Shown: positions 11,601-25,677 of the stretch, piece by piece
Position numbering within the stretch: the first letter of the stretch is position 1
How the letters are laid out: every line of letters begins with the position of its first letter
Source: Eledone cirrhosa
Taxonomy: Eukaryota
Assembly (NCBI GenBank): GCA_964016885.1
Contig: OZ024742.1
Location: 69,874,001 to 69,938,000, forward strand
Direction of reading: 5' to 3'
Length of the DNA stretch: 64,000 nucleotides
Translations under genes and position numbers: made by a program
The notes under the pieces: generated by a model
Database searches by the model: none
What the model was told of the DNA's origin: nothing
Seen by the model: only the letters and a program-made list of their open reading frames with translations

Positions 11601-13728
11601 TGTGTGAAGCTTTTCAGCGACACTTCGCTCAGCTATTCGGGGGCAGCGGCGCGTCGGATCGAGGGATGGACTTTAGTGTCTACCTCGACGGACTGCCGCG
11701 GCTCTCGGCCACTGAGGCGGAGTGTTGCGAAAAGCCGATAACAACCGCTGAAGTACGGGAGGCAATGACTGGTTGCACAAGGGGTAAATCGCCTGGTTTT
11801 GATGGTCTGCCCTATGAACTTTACGTACAGATGCCAGACTTGTTCGGAGGCCTCTTGGCGGATGACTACTGCAACTGGCAACAGAACAGTAGAATTCCCA
11901 GCTCTGTGATCCGAGGAGCGGTGGCGCTGCTGAGAAAGGATTCGAACAAGGGGGATAACATAGATAATTTCAGGCCCATAGCTCTGCTAAACACAGTTCA
12001 AGATTTTGGCCAACGTGCTAGCAAAGAGGTTGGCGCTTGTCGTTGGTAGATTGGTGGGAGAGGCGCAGACATGCGCCATTCCAGACAGATCCATCCACGA
12101 CAACCTCCACCTCATGCGATACATTGTGGAGAGGGTAGCTAGGGAACCTGGCATGTGTGGGTCCTTGATCAATTTAGATCAGTGGAAAGCTTTCGATAGG
12201 GTCGACCATCGTTATCTGGCGGCAGTCCTGAGGGCGGCTGGCTTTGGGCCCGTCTTCAGAGGCTGGATCGCTGCCATGCACAGCGACATCTGCTCTGTGG
12301 TGAGAGTGAACGGTCACCTTTCGGAACCATTCAACATCATGCGCTCGGTCCACCAAGGATGTCCCGTCTCGTCCCTCTTGTACGTATTAACTCTCGAGCC
12401 ATTACTGCACAAACTGGAGAATTTGAGGGGGGTCCGCGCGAACTGGGATGCGGAAGATCTGTGTCAGCATATGCAGACGAAGTCACCTTAGTCGTGTCGA
12501 ACGCCAAACACATCGAGGCGATGGTCACTACACTAAGAGAATACGAGGCGGTGACAGGAGCAATGATCAACCAGGAAAAGTCGGTGGGCCTGCAGCTAGG
12601 CCCCCGAAGAGGCTGGTCCATGCCGTCCAACAGCGTCGTCGGGCGCTGGACGGACGGACTGGTTAAATTGCTAGGGGTCTGGTTCGGTCCGGACCTCAAG
12701 ACGGACAATAACTGGGACGAGGTAACGAGCAGGGTGGCTTCTCTCACCCATAAATGGGCAGAGAGGGAGCTATCCCTGAAAGGTCGTGCGGAGGTGGCGA
12801 ATGCGTACATCGCGTCCGTAATCTACTACCACCTGACCGTCGTGCCTTGTCTTATGCCTCACCTGACTGCGCTGGAGCGTTTGCTCTTTCGCTTTTTGTG
12901 GAAGGACGCGCTCTGATGGTCAGGTGGTCCATCTGCTGTCAACACCCGCTACATGGATGGCTTGGCATGCTGTGGCTGATGATGCGCAGACACGCGCTCA
13001 GGCTCCTGAGGAGCTCTGCCAGTTCGGGATAAACTCCACAGGCAGCCGGGCATGTCCGAGATGCGTTCAGGGCGACGAAACCGTGCTGCACGCACTCGTC
13101 CAGTGCCCAAGCATTGCTGACTTGTGGGTTTATGTCGAACACCTGCTGTCGCGTGTAGGACGGATCCGGCTATCAGCTGAGTCCATCGGGAGGATTTCCC
13201 CGCCCTCTTCATTTAGCCGAGAAGGACAGGCAGTTTTTATCTGCCTGGTGGCCATGAGAAAGAGATAGTATGGTGGACGCGTTTGAAAGGGCTGAAGACG
13301 AGCACATACATCTTCGGTGATACCCTGATTAACCTTTTCAAATTTTATTTGAAAAGGAAAATCAGGGTAGAGAGGGAAGTGCCCTCTTCCCAGCATTTTG
13401 TTGAAAGGTGGGTGAGAGAGGCAAGAATAGCCCGTGTGAGTATGTGCCTGTAAATTAAAGGTGGAAACCTGGGAGCGGGCACTTGCCCTGGTGGTCAGGG
13501 TCACCGTCGCTTTTTTAATGGGTTTTCTCCACGAATGTCCCTCGGAAGTCTCCCCCTTATTGGGGAATTTTTCATTGTTTCTTTTTTTTGTTAAATCCTC
13601 TGTTTTTTTGTGTTTTTTTACACGCAGAAATGCCCATTTATACCGTCCTGTATTGTCCTTAATGCCTTACTTTGTGTAAACCCTTGTAGTTAATAAAGAA
13701 AGCATTATTATTATTATTATTATTATTA
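8611..13728 (+). mobile_element. Near full-length Tx1/L1-like LINE (ORF1 from 8818; ORF2 10469-13453 APE-RT-CCHC), frameshifted
   Basis: ORF1 remnants end ISVEGRRPKCY. APE start MTSLRIGSINARSL, VVAISET, VYAP, LVGDWN, TDHK, GPGYWKLN. RT KAFDRVDH/QGCP/YADE. C-terminal CPRC..ETVLH..C. 3' AATAAAGAAA + (ATT)n. Confidence 0.93.
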
Positions 13729-13925
13729 TGGATTGGCAGTATCAGTAGAGGGTCGGACGCCATGCTTTGAAGCAAAGAGTTCCGTCCCTTTACGATCTGA
13801 GTTCAAATCCCGCCGAGGTTAACTTTGCCTTTCATCCTTACGGGGTCGATAAAATAAAGTACCAGTAATGTACTGAGTAATTGCTGGCCTTGTGCCAAAA
13901 GTAGAAACCATTATTATTATTATTA
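13729..13925 (+). mobile_element. tRNA-derived SINE (major family), full length
   Basis: Box A-like TGGCAGTATCAG, box B GAGTTCAAATCCC, conserved core and (ATT)n tail. Confidence 0.92.
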
Positions 13926-13929
13926 AAAA

Positions 13930-16410
13930 TAAGGGGCAAAAAGCTAAAACCTTGAGGCAACTATTACCAACACCTACACAATGTCACTAGCACCACCCTC
14001 ACCACCAAACACCCCGCAACAACCACCATTAACACCACAACAGACACCAACAACATCCTAAACACAACCAATTCCACATACACAACAACAAAAGCAAATC
14101 CAACAGAAAGATACAACCTTCACACACTATACAGCAATAAACCTGAACAACCAAAAACTAAGCAACTACATTCAACATAACACAAGCATTTCAGAAACAC
14201 ATCACATAACACCCCAAAAAATTCGAACCACCCACACACATAAAAATTATAAACATAGATAAAAAAACGTACAAAAATTTAAAAGTAAAATTCCCCGAGG
14301 CAATTGGTGAATACCGAAGAACACTCTCCAGAAGGATAAATGGAGACATACTTGTAAACGAACCCACATGTGGCCAGGGGGCGGACCAGCCGTCTTACCC
14401 CCAAAAGACTAAGAGAGGTGGCCTCTCCCACTATTTCCTCCTCTTCATCGAACATGGCTCCATTCAGAATAGGCAGTGTAAATGCACGTGGCCTGGGATC
14501 GTCTTGGAAGTAGGGTTACCTGCTCAACGACCCCAGTGGCCATCAGCGAGACTAGTATTTCAGACGCACGAAATGTTACACCCATATTCGGCGGCAACGA
14601 GGTGTATGCATCTCCAAGCCGTCCCGTCCCGGCAGAGTTGCTGTGTTATTTTGGAAAAGCCTGGATCACGCGAAACGGACCATCATCCTAGATCCAAAAA
14701 GTAAGTTGGTGGTATTGGACGTGACCAGCAGCCAAGGCTAAGCTTTTAGGATAATGGTTGCCTATGCGAAAGGCGCAGGGTGGCCTGATTTCTTCAGGTG
14801 CCTTGAGACCTTTCTAGGAACGTACCGATCTTTAGTGTTAGTGGGGGACTGGAATGGTATCTTACATGGGACTGTTTGGGACTAGAGATAGGACAAAAGA
14901 GTGTAAAAGCCTCATTACCCTTCTCAGACGCTTCCAGCTGTCTGACAGGTACTAACAGGATTTCTGGAAGGTGCCAATGTGGACATGGACAAACCGTATC
15001 GGGTCATCCAGATCGTACTTAGATAGAGTATTCTCTAGGGAAATAGATAAGTCGAGTATAATTTGTCTACAATTCAAAGTAGTTGATTACACATCTGTGT
15101 GGTCAATTTAGATAGGCTTCATAAACAGTAGCCTGGTTACTGGATGCTAAACGCATCATTCTCGGCGCGCAAAGGCTACAAAAACCGGATTAGTAAATTA
15201 GTTACACCAATGTTGACGGGAACAATCGTCAATAACAAATGGTGGTTCGCCCTAAATAGGGCTATTAGAGCAGAATAGATAATGTTTAGTAAGGCAATAA
15301 CGATAGAGAAAACTAGAACAGAGGGAGATCAAGTTAGAAAACTAGAAAAGGCACAGCCAGCGTGCACGTGGCGAGATTGGCACTGGACCAATTCTTCAAT
15401 GCTAAGCATGAATGCTGCGTTGTCAGAGCTAATGTGTGTGATCTTAATCATGAGGGAACTAAAGCCGTTAAATGGGCCCGAGTCGTGGAGACAAGGCGTG
15501 GCAACAAAGCTGCAATCCAGTCTTTGGCGCATGGTACTTGATCCCAAGCAGATGTGTGAGATTTTTCAGCGACATTTCGCTCAAATGTTCGGAAGCGGTG
15601 GAGAGTCGGATTGAGGGATGGATTTCAGAGCCTACGTCGATGGCCTGCTGCGGCTCTCAGCGAGTGAGGTGGAGTGTTGCGAAAAACTGGTATGGGACGC
15701 AATGGCTAGCTGCACGAGGGGCGAATCCTCTGGCTTAGATAGTCTGTCCTACGAGTTTGGCACAAACATGCCAGATTGTTCGGCGACATCCAAGCAGACA
15801 TCTAGGCAAACTGGCATCAGAACAGGAGAATTCCCAGTTCTGTGAGTCACAGAGTTTAACATGTTGGCCAATGTGTTAGTAATGAGGTTGACACTTGTCG
15901 TCGGTGGTCTGGTAAGGGAGGCGCAAACATGCGCCATTTCCGGACAGATCTATCCACGTCGTTGGGCGCTAGACGATCGGGCTGGTTAAATTACTCGGGG
16001 TCTGATTTGGTTCAGACCTCTAAATGGACAAAAACTGGGACGAGTTAACAAGCAAGGTAGCCTCTTTCACGCAGAAATGGGCCGAGATGAAGCTAACCTT
16101 GAAAGGTCGGGCAGAAGTGATGAATGCGTACATCGCGTTCGTCATCAACTACCGCCTGACCGTCATGACTTGTCCTAGCCCACATCTGACTGCACTGGAA
16201 CGTCTACTCTTTCGCTTTTTGTGAAGAGATCAGGTTCCATTGGTCAGAAAATCCATCTGCTATCAGAACCAGCTACATGAAGGGTTCGGTATGCCGTGGA
16301 TGATGATGTGCAAACATGCACTGAAGTTACGACATCTCCAACTTTTCCTTGATGGTGAACAGATGTGGTCGTCGCTCGCTAGACACGTTTTCCCCAACTC
16401 GTCTTGGACA
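13930..16410 (+). mobile_element. Decayed Tx1/L1-like LINE (ORF1 3' end, APE, RT with internal deletion)
   Basis: Collinear homology with 9940-13000; many stops; the RT core is deleted near 15960. Confidence 0.85.
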
Positions 16411-18581
16411 TGAACAATAGCAAAGGTGGTGCCTTTAGACTGGTGGCCGTCTACACCCATACCGGGGCCGGACGACCGGACTTCTTTAGGCGCCTGGAAG
16501 CCTTTCTGGGGACGTCTCACCCTTTACTGTTAGTGGGGGACTGAAACGGCATCTTAGACACATGCTTGGATTGTGTGGGAGTAGCTGATAGGAGTGGGGA
16601 GTGCAAAAGCATCAAGTACTTTATTAGCCAGTTCCAACTGTCTGACAGATACCGACTAGATTTCCCTAATGCACCAGTGTGGACCTGGACAAACCGCATA
16701 GGGTCATCTAGATCGTATACAGATAGGATCTTCATTAGAACAATAGATAGGAATAGGGAAGGCTGTCTACATTTTAAAATTCAGATCAGAAGTTTGTAAT
16801 CTGTATGGTCGACCTAGATAAGACGCGTAGGTTAGGACCTGGTTACTGAAAGCTGAACATGTTGTTTCCGGCAGGTAATGCTTACAGGGACCGGGTCGAC
16901 AATAACGTTGACAGGATGGGTCGTCAGCAACCAGTGCTGGGGAGGGGGCTCTCACAAGAGAGATGAGAGTAATTTCGATAGGGTTTAGCAAAAACGTAAC
17001 GTTAGAGAAAATAGAAAAGAGGGGGAGCTGGTAGCTAAATTAGATGAGGCTAATTGCAACTGGCGTGCTAACGGTGAGAATGGCATTAGACCATTTCTTC
17101 AATGCGAAACACGAACGCTGCATTGTCAGAGCTAAGGTGCATTATCAGAGAAACAAGGGAACCAAAGCTGTTCGATGGGCCCGCGTGGCAGAGGCGCAGC
17201 GTGGTAATAAAACCGCTATTCGGTATTTGACGGACAATGACGGACCCGAACTGAGCAATTCCAGGCGGATGTGTGAAGCCTTCCACCAGCACTTTACTCG
17301 ATTGTTCAGGGGAAGTGGCGGGTCAAAATTCAGGATGTCGGCTGCATGAGGCGCAAGTCACTCCATTTGGATGGTCCACCCTACGAGCTTTATGTAGACA
17401 TGCCAGACTTGTTCTCCTATTACCTCGAAGCGCTCTATGCAACTGGCAACGGAACGGAAGTATTCCCAGTTCTGTGAGCCGGCGCATAGTGACGCTGATA
17501 AGGAAAGACGAGAACAAGAGGGATACGTTAGATAATTTCAGGCCCATAACTCCGCTCAAAGCAGAGTTTAAGATTTGGGCCAAGGTGTTAGCGAAGAGGT
17601 TGGCGCTTGTCGTCGAGGATTTGGTAGGGGATGCGCAAAGTTGCGCAATGGCGACCAAGTCCATACACGAAACACCTCCACCTCATGCGATACATCATAG
17701 AGAGAGTAGGGTGTAAACCTGGCTTCGGTGGGGCTCTGATCAATTTAGATCAAGCGAAAGCTTTCGATAGGGTCGACCATCGATACCTTGAGGTTGTCCT
17801 CAAGGCAGCTGGCTTCGATCGCGTCTTCAGAGGCTGGTTCGTTGCAATGCGCAGCGGCATCTGCTCGGTGGTCAACGTTAATGGCCCCCTTTCGGAACCG
17901 TTTCATATTTCCCGATCGGTCCGTCAAGTGTACCCTCTCTCCTCCTTTCTGTACGTATTGACTGTTGAGCATCTACTGCGGAAGCTAGAGCTGCTGCAGG
18001 GCATCCCGCTCGAATCGGGACGCGGAAAGGGTGTGTCGGCTTATGCAGAGGGCATCACCGTGATGGTGACAGACACCTCGGAAATCGAGGTGGTCGGCAC
18101 CTTATTGGAGGAATATGAAATATTGACCGGAGCGAAACTTAACTCGGAAATATCGGTAGGCTTACAGCTCGGCACTTGGAGTGACAAGTCCATGCCGTCC
18201 AACAGCATCGTCGGGTGCTGGACGGACGGACCGGTAAAGTTGCTCGGGGTTTGGTTCGGACCAGACCTCTAGGTAGATAAGAATTGGGACAAGGTGATGA
18301 TCAGGGTAGCCACACTTACCCCAAAATGGGTCGTGAGGAAACTGTCTCTGAAAGATCTTGCTGGTTGGGATTTGTGGGTTCCTAACGTCACCTGTGGGTG
18401 GTATACCCCCCCCCCCATTGGGGAATTCTGTTGTTGATATTTTTTGTTAATTGTTTTTGTTTATTTTATTTACTCGATTGCGATTGTAACCCCCCCCCCC
18501 CCCCCTGCCCCCCTCTCTATGTAGTGTCCTCTATCTTCGGTCTTTGTGGCCAATAATAAAGAAATAATAATTATTATTATT
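16411..18581 (+). mobile_element. Second decayed Tx1/L1-like LINE (APE 3' half, RT, 3' UTR) fused to the previous copy
   Basis: Restarts in the APE domain (GGAFRLVAVY). RT ORF 17631..18272. Ends AATAATAAAGAAATAATAATTATTATT. Confidence 0.88.
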
Positions 18582-18889
18582 AAGTTTTACTTTGCTTTTT
18601 GTTAGTCAACTTGCCGAAGTCAACTGTGCCTCTCATTCTTTCTGAGTCGAGAAAATAAAGTACCAGTTCAGTTCTTGGTTCGATATAGCCGATTTTCCCT
18701 TTCCGCCAAAGTTGTTGGCCTTGTGTCTAATTTACAAAACCATTATTACTGTAGTATCCATTCTAATAAAGCACCTGTCAAACACGGGTGTCGATCACGG
18801 AACTAAACAATGCTTCCCATCTCCTACCTCATTATGACTTGCCTATGCTAGAAAAAATTCCAATTTGACTCTCAGCTGAGTCTATGGTG

Positions 18890-19485
18890 AAAATTGACTT
18901 GAGCAAGGAAGAGCGAGAAGTCTCCCTCTACCTGGTGGCTATGAAGAAGAAAGTTATGTGCTGAACGTGGTTGAAAAGTTTGATAGACACGGCTTTTCGT
19001 CTCTTGCCAAGCTCCTATAAACTTCTTCAAGTACCACTTGAAGAAGATGATGAAGCTAGAGAGGGAGATGTTTCCCTCGGGTGTATCTCATGATAGGTGG
19101 ATTAGAGTGGCAAAATTGATGTTGATAAATGGGACTACTCTCATTTTCTACGGATGTAGGTTGGTGGCAAGACCTGATAGATGGTAATTGTCTTTGGTGT
19201 GTCAGGGTGATTCGTGAGTGTGTGCCTGTAGGCGGATAGGGAAGGGTAACGCGAATGACCCTATGTGGCCCTCTCTACTCCATTTCGGAGACCCTGTATT
19301 GTTTTTATTTTGGTGTTCTATACTGTTATTGTTGTCTACTGTTATTAATTTATATATTGTCTATTGTTTTGCTGAGCTATCCCTCTAGTTGATGTAAAGC
19401 CCCTCCACTAATGTTTGTTATTTTCTTTTGTATTTCGCTTTTCTATTGTCGCCAACGTCTACAGCCCTTGTAACCAATAAAATAT
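18890..19485 (+). mobile_element. 3' terminal fragment of a divergent Tx1-like LINE
   Basis: FFKYHLKKMMKLEREMFPSGVSHDRWIRVAK matches the ORF2 C-terminus FFKYHFGRRIRMEREV..ERWVKVAR; AATAAA at ~19476. Confidence 0.75.
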
Positions 19486-19496
19486 ATCCTTATCAT

Positions 19497-19600
19497 GGGT
19501 GTAGGCAGCATCGGTAGAGCGTCGGACAAAATATTTAGTAACGACTTTCTACGTCCTGAGTTCAAATCCCGCCGAGATCAACTTTGCCTTTCATCCTTCT
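19497..19600 (+). mobile_element. SINE (major family), 3'-truncated
   Basis: Box A/B and ACTTTGCCTTTCATCCTT. Confidence 0.8.
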
Positions 19601-19669
19601 CATGTAGGACGCCTCAGTAAATTTGACACCTCAGTGAACTTGGCGCCACCATTCGTCACTGCACTGAAC

Positions 19670-20480
19670 TTACCTGCAATGTAAATATTGACAACACCGG
19701 CAGAAAACAGGCAAAGCATCTAGCGAGATTCAGAGACCTCGGTCTCTGCTCAACATCTGATCTTGCACTGCCAGCCAATCGTTTCTAGCCGCGCTATTGT
19801 CAATGTGGTTGTTTGCGAGACGTTATGTGAACTCGAGTCAGCACTTGCCGTTTGGGATGATGAATGCCTCACTGTTCTCCAGTATGCAAGATGCCAACGC
19901 AATACGGATAACATCAAATGCAGTTCACCCTGAACGAGGTTCGAATCTTCTTTGGACCAACACCGTGTCACCTGCCTTCAGCCTGACTCGCAACGAAACA
20001 GTGACACGGTGTCCTCTTAATCAAGCGGTACCCTTTTTGATGATGAGTGCACCTGTATCAGAGTAGCCCAAAGCCTTGGCCTTCACGTGTGAGAGCCACC
20101 CAAATGCAGTTGCCATCATATGGTCGACAAGTTTGGTGCACCACCTTGAATGACTTCATCTGAAGAAAACTTGATGCGGCTGGTGGTGGCAGTAAGCGCC
20201 CAGACGGAATAAATCTTTTCCTCTTCGACGAAATTAAACTCTTTTCCCATTCTCCCCTTCTAACGCAGAGGAACGGAAGATATCTAAATATGAGGATTTG
20301 ACCGATCGCTTCTTTTTTGTGCCGACCACCGTCAATACGTCCAGTGTCGTCGATCTTCGGATTGTCGTTTTCCTCCATGAAACTGGAAAGAGTGCATTAA
20401 GTCAGAGGGAGGAGCCCCGTGACGGTGAATGGCTGATGCCAAAGGTGTCGTTGGCTATTACCTGCAGCAATGTTTCGCCA
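19670..20480 (+). mobile_element. Highly decayed CRE-like LINE fragment (C-terminal half)
   Basis: LDQHRVTC, RVAQSLGLHV*EPPKCSC, KRPDG and DRFFFVP..EPRDGEWLMPKVSLA parallel the ORFs at 26798-27610. Confidence 0.7.
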
Positions 20481-20624
20481 TCGGATCCACGAATTGCAAC
20501 TGAAATGTATCCCGTAACCAAGGGTATAGAGTTTACTCCTCCTTTCCCCCTTCTCCAAAAACTGTAGAATATAATAAGTAAAAATCCATAGTTCAAGATA
20601 TAAGAAATGATTGTGTTGTGTCGA

Positions 20625-21715
20625 TCACGGAACTATATACTCACCTATAATGTGATAGAATACTGCACGATATACCATTATTAATAATTATTGATTAATT
20701 CTATCGTGCAATGCCTGTGCGTGAAGATTTATTTTAAAGTGAGGAAAAACTGTACACTGAGCCAATTCGACTCTCTGAGCGACAGTAGCTATAACCCGAA
20801 AAGAAGAAAAGATCAACATCATCGGTAACTACTGAGCCGCAGGTTTTATGTCGGAGTTATCCCAGTTTCCCAAGTTGCCTTCTCCTAGAAGAATGCCCTG
20901 ACAAAGGGTAGGGGTCCTTCACTCCCAGTGGTTTAATCGCGCGATCGTGTATCCAACCCGACTATTTCTATTTCCCCGCGCATATACATACACATGCACA
21001 CATGCATACACACATATACATATACATACATATATACATGTGTATATACATATTTATACATTTTTGGATGGCCGTTTACTCCTATGAGTTCTTCCGCCCT
21101 TACATACATACATACATACATACATGGTGGCTGCCAACTCGTTTTCGAGTACGACCACTACTTTATATCTATGTAGGAGAACCCCTACCGATGCGCTGAA
21201 CGAGTGTAACTTTTTAGTCCAGCCAGCGACTTGAAAACTCTGGAACAAACACTACACTTGTGACAATTATTGACACATAGTGCTGGGCCCATGGTGCCAT
21301 GTGACGACAAGTGCAGAGAGATCTCCAGATACAAAGCAATGCCTGTGCCGTGAAGCCTTTATAGTGAGCAAAGGCACTGCACAAAGCCAGTCCCACTCTC
21401 TTAACCAAGATGATATTTACCAAAAAGAAGAACAAATCAACATCATTGGATACCATCAGGGCTGCAGGTGTTATATCAGAGTTTTCCTTCTCCCAGAATT
21501 CTGCCTTCACAAAGGCTAAGGGGTCATCTCTCCCGGTGATTTTGGATGGCCATTGACTCTTAAGAGCTCCTTTGCCCTTTGACAGGTTTTGTTTTTAGTC
21601 CTGCAGGATGTCCAAAGTCACCCTCCTCACCAAGTAAACTTGGTGGGGTTGCCAATTTAGTCGCCAACGACCCGACCATGAGACAGGTTGTACTGGGATA
21701 CATGTTACCAGTAGC
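20625..21715. repeat. Rearranged fragments of an interspersed repeat embedded in (TACA)n, possibly an RTE-type 5' UTR; homologous to 50801-51290
   Basis: 20660-20880 and 21050-21110/21540-21715 match parts of 50830-51270 in direct and inverted orientation. Confidence 0.6.
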
Positions 21716-21788
21716 ATGCATACATGCATACATACATACATACATACATACATACATACATACATACATACATACATACATACATACA

Positions 21789-21817
<29 letters not shown>
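21716..21817. repeat. (TACA)n microsatellite
   Basis: Seen directly. Confidence 0.98.
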
Positions 21818-21819
<2 letters not shown>

Positions 21820-22214
21820 TTACGCTACTTTCCTTCTTTCTATATATCCAGATCACATTTAGGTTTTGCCAACTGAACTGGGTGTGCGACGCTGAAAAGA
21901 GCTAATGGCCTGAAATATGACCGTTGCTTTCCATATTTTATATTAAATTACATGGTCTTTATTTTCCATATATTTGGATTGGCTAATGTTATCGGAGATA
22001 ACTTGCTGATTTCATATTTTAAACACTACAAGGAGTTTTTGTCATCTAATTGCAAGTTCAGACAATCGGCGATTTTCAATTCACTATATTACATGTGTGA
22101 GATTCTACTGTATATATATATATATATATAGATGTATGTATGTGTAGGGGGGGGGGTATGTGTATACGCGTGAGTATATATATCATATACACACACACGC
22201 ACGCACACACACAC

Positions 22215-22344
<130 letters not shown>

Positions 22345-22694
22345 ATATATCAATAGACAACTAGGAGACTACTGATATCTGTAGACAGCAATTATCATGT
22401 TAAATTTAATTTCTGAGCAAGAAAATTGACAATTAAAATGTAAAAATTTCTACTGACCTATGATTGGATACAGATTACTATTAATACAATTCCTAACTCA
22501 AGACAACATTTGGATTTATTTCACATCATTCTTTATTGTCCTGTTAATCTTGTTACATACACTGTTGTTCTTCTTCTAGTCGGTTTCTCCTTTTAGTTAT
22601 CGTTATTGTCGCGGTTTTAATCGCTGTCATTGTTACTGTTGTTGCTAACTTTGTCTTCACCCTAAAGGTAGTTCAATTAGTTTGGAACAAAAAC

Positions 22695-22945
22695 ACACGT
22701 GGCCCATGTGTTTGTTAAATAACTTAGAAAACATATGTGGTTTTTTCACTATAGATTGACACGTGAGCAACAGAGAAGTTTTCGAAAGTAGCGAATAATC
22801 GCTGATGGCAATTTTAGTTATTGACACGTGACATAGATTTCAGAACCAATCAGAGGAAATTTTTGTTGCCATTGGTGTTTGTATCGTTGTTTACAGTTTA
22901 ATCTTTTTAAACTAAAACTAAAACTGCGCATGAACAGTTCAAACG
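22695..22945. promoter_or_regulatory. Promoter-like motif cluster
   Basis: CACGTG x3 (22696; TGACACGTGA at 22757 and 22822), CCAAT 22846, ATTGG 22871, TGCGCATG 22925, all in non-repetitive DNA. Confidence 0.3.
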
Positions 22946-24589
22946 AAATTACAGTATTTTTATAAATCTATTGTATATTTGACGATTGGATCTTGTGAGA
23001 TAGATCAGTCTGTTGAATTAAATAACGCCTTTTCAACATCCCACTGAGATACATGATACATGATAGACACTGGGGAAATGTCTGCATCCGCTATTAATGA
23101 ACAGATGAAAGGAAGGTGACAGAAATTAAAACGGCTACACTGTCTTAATTTAACCTCATCGCTTTAACAATGAAACATTCCCACAATTTTAGAACACAAA
23201 TTACTTTTGTGTAATGTTCTTCACCAAATATCGTTATTATTAATAGTATTTTCTTTTTCATTCAGTGTAAAATAACCACTGTTTTTGTATTTCATTCTTG
23301 TGTTTTCCCCATAAGTATAATTCTATATATTACCAGCCTTAGTTTTGATTTTCACACATACATACAGCATTCTTCGTTTATGTTTAGTGAAACTCAACTT
23401 CTAATACTAACTGTATTACTTTTAGTCATTTTTTTCTGTTTTATTTATTTGTTTATTTGTTTTTGTCAACGACGAAAGAATAAGGCCTGTCAGAAGGTGG
23501 TTTGACCTCTAATGGCTATTTGGCAATTTTTTCTCTTATAATTAAGTATAGATTTAGATGATCCTTTTTATTGTTAGTATGGAAAAATCGGTAGAGTATT
23601 TTATAATATTAACATTTCTCTCTTTAACTTCTAAGATTTAAGTTAGAATCTTGTTAAGGTTCACTTTTATTCTCAGGAAGTGGATCAAAATATAATACAC
23701 GTTAATCGAAAGTACCATTCTCTATTTAAGATTTGTGGTCTGGTTCCAATATTTAAAAATCCATTATTATTATTATTAATGCAAAGATCGGTTGATTGAG
23801 AGAATTAGAAACGTGATAACTACCTTGCTGAATTAACTTACGACCGCATACGTTTTAAGTTCATATCAAATCGAAGTCGATTTGACTGTCACCTTTCCGA
23901 GAGTAGGTAAAATAAACTAACATTCAGGTATTAGGATAAATTTAATGTAATCTACCCTTCCCTGAAATATGTAGCTTTAACATTATTGTAATTTTTGTTG
24001 TTTAGAAACGACAAAAGAACAACAAAGGGGTGAAGAGAAATTGAGTGATGCATATTTTGTATAAAATACATTAATGATGTATTGTATAAAAAAAAAGTTT
24101 AACGTAAGGGAGATAACTCTAATGTGATATTTACGATAACTTTCCAAAACGATACCTTACATTATTGTTGTGCCAAAAGTAGAAATAATTATTGTATTTA
24201 TTTAAACCGAAGTCTGTATGCATGTATACATACATACATACATACATACATACATACATACATACATACATACATACATACATACATACATACATACATA
24301 GAGTGGCGGACTGGCCAGGTTTGCCAATAGCAAGTGAGCCCCAGGAGGCCCACGGTAGCATTGCAAAAGCCAATGCTTTACTTTCAAAAAATATATTTTT
24401 TAAAATGTCTTAGAGAAAGAATTTAAATGTTTAAAAAATAAATAAACAAATAAGCAAAGCATTTGGTCAAACAATTCCGTAGGGAATTAATAGAAACGAA
24501 AATATATGATAGTGCTAACAGTTATAATCATTGGTTGTCTAGGCTTATAGCTTACTGCATTCATTCATGCTTACATACATGGACACACA

Positions 24590-24669
<80 letters not shown>

Positions 24670-24672
<3 letters not shown>

Positions 24673-24800
24673 CCATTCTGAGTTCAAATCCCGCCGAGGT
24701 TAACTTTGCCTTTCATCCTTACGGGGTCGATAAAATAAAGTACCAGTAATGCACTGGGTATTTACTGGCCTTGTGCCAAAAGTAGAAACAATTATTATTA
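24670..24800 (+). mobile_element. SINE (major family), 5'-truncated
   Basis: Box B, core, 3' end and ATT tail. Confidence 0.9.
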
Positions 24801-25677
24801 TCTATATATATAAAACTGTGGTTGTCTGTCTGTCTATCGATTTTTGGCACACATCTCCTCTTAGAATCTCTCACGGAATTGCACCGAAATTGCTATACTT
24901 GTACATTGAGCCCTAGCGAAGACATCGGAAAAAAAAAATTTCAAATTGACCCACCCTATGTGACGAAATCGAATATAATGTATCGATTTTTGAGCGTAAG
25001 TTATCAGTTATTTCCCTTTGTTCTGTTTACATTGAGCGTCTTACGTAAAAAATTACGCTGGCTTTAACAGTTGTCGAGCCAGCAAAATATTGACCTGCAA
25101 AATTCATCAGTTCGAACACTAAGCTTCCGTTTTGCTTCATTTCCATTTAAAAGCATTTTAAAACAATATTTTTACTTGAAAACAAGTCTATTTAAAGACT
25201 ACGTAAAACAAGCAAATATTTCGTCGTTAGGCGTGCAGACAGACAGTCGTGCAGACAGACAGTCGTGCAGAGAGGTGATATAGGCGTGCAGACAGACAGT
25301 CGTGCAGAGAGGTGATATAGGCGTGCAGACAGATAGTCGTGCAGAGAGGTGATATAGGCGTGCAGACAGACATAACTGATAATTTGGTTACGCTAATGTT
25401 TTTCTCTGCGTTGCAGTGTTTACATTTTCGATCTTTGTTAATAAATAACCAGTGCAGTTTCTATCCCCAGCATCCTCTTTTGTTATAACATTCGGGTTAT
25501 CGTTATGTTTTCTTAACTTCATAAGGCATATTGTTGGTTGAGGGAATATTAATCAAAAACACCACATGCAAGTCTGCACAGTAGACACTACAGTTTTTAA
25601 GCCAAGAAAGAAACTTAACATTGTAACTTTAACACAGCTACTGAGGGACCCCGAGCAACGCCGGGCTTTACTGCTAG
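24801..25677 (+). mobile_element. Non-autonomous Helitron, complete termini, with an internal 37-bp tandem repeat (~25230-25372)
   Basis: A|TCTATATATATAAAA...GTCTGTCTG 5' end; CCCGAGCAACGCCGGG hairpin and CTAG|T 3' end; insertion between A and T. Confidence 0.85.
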
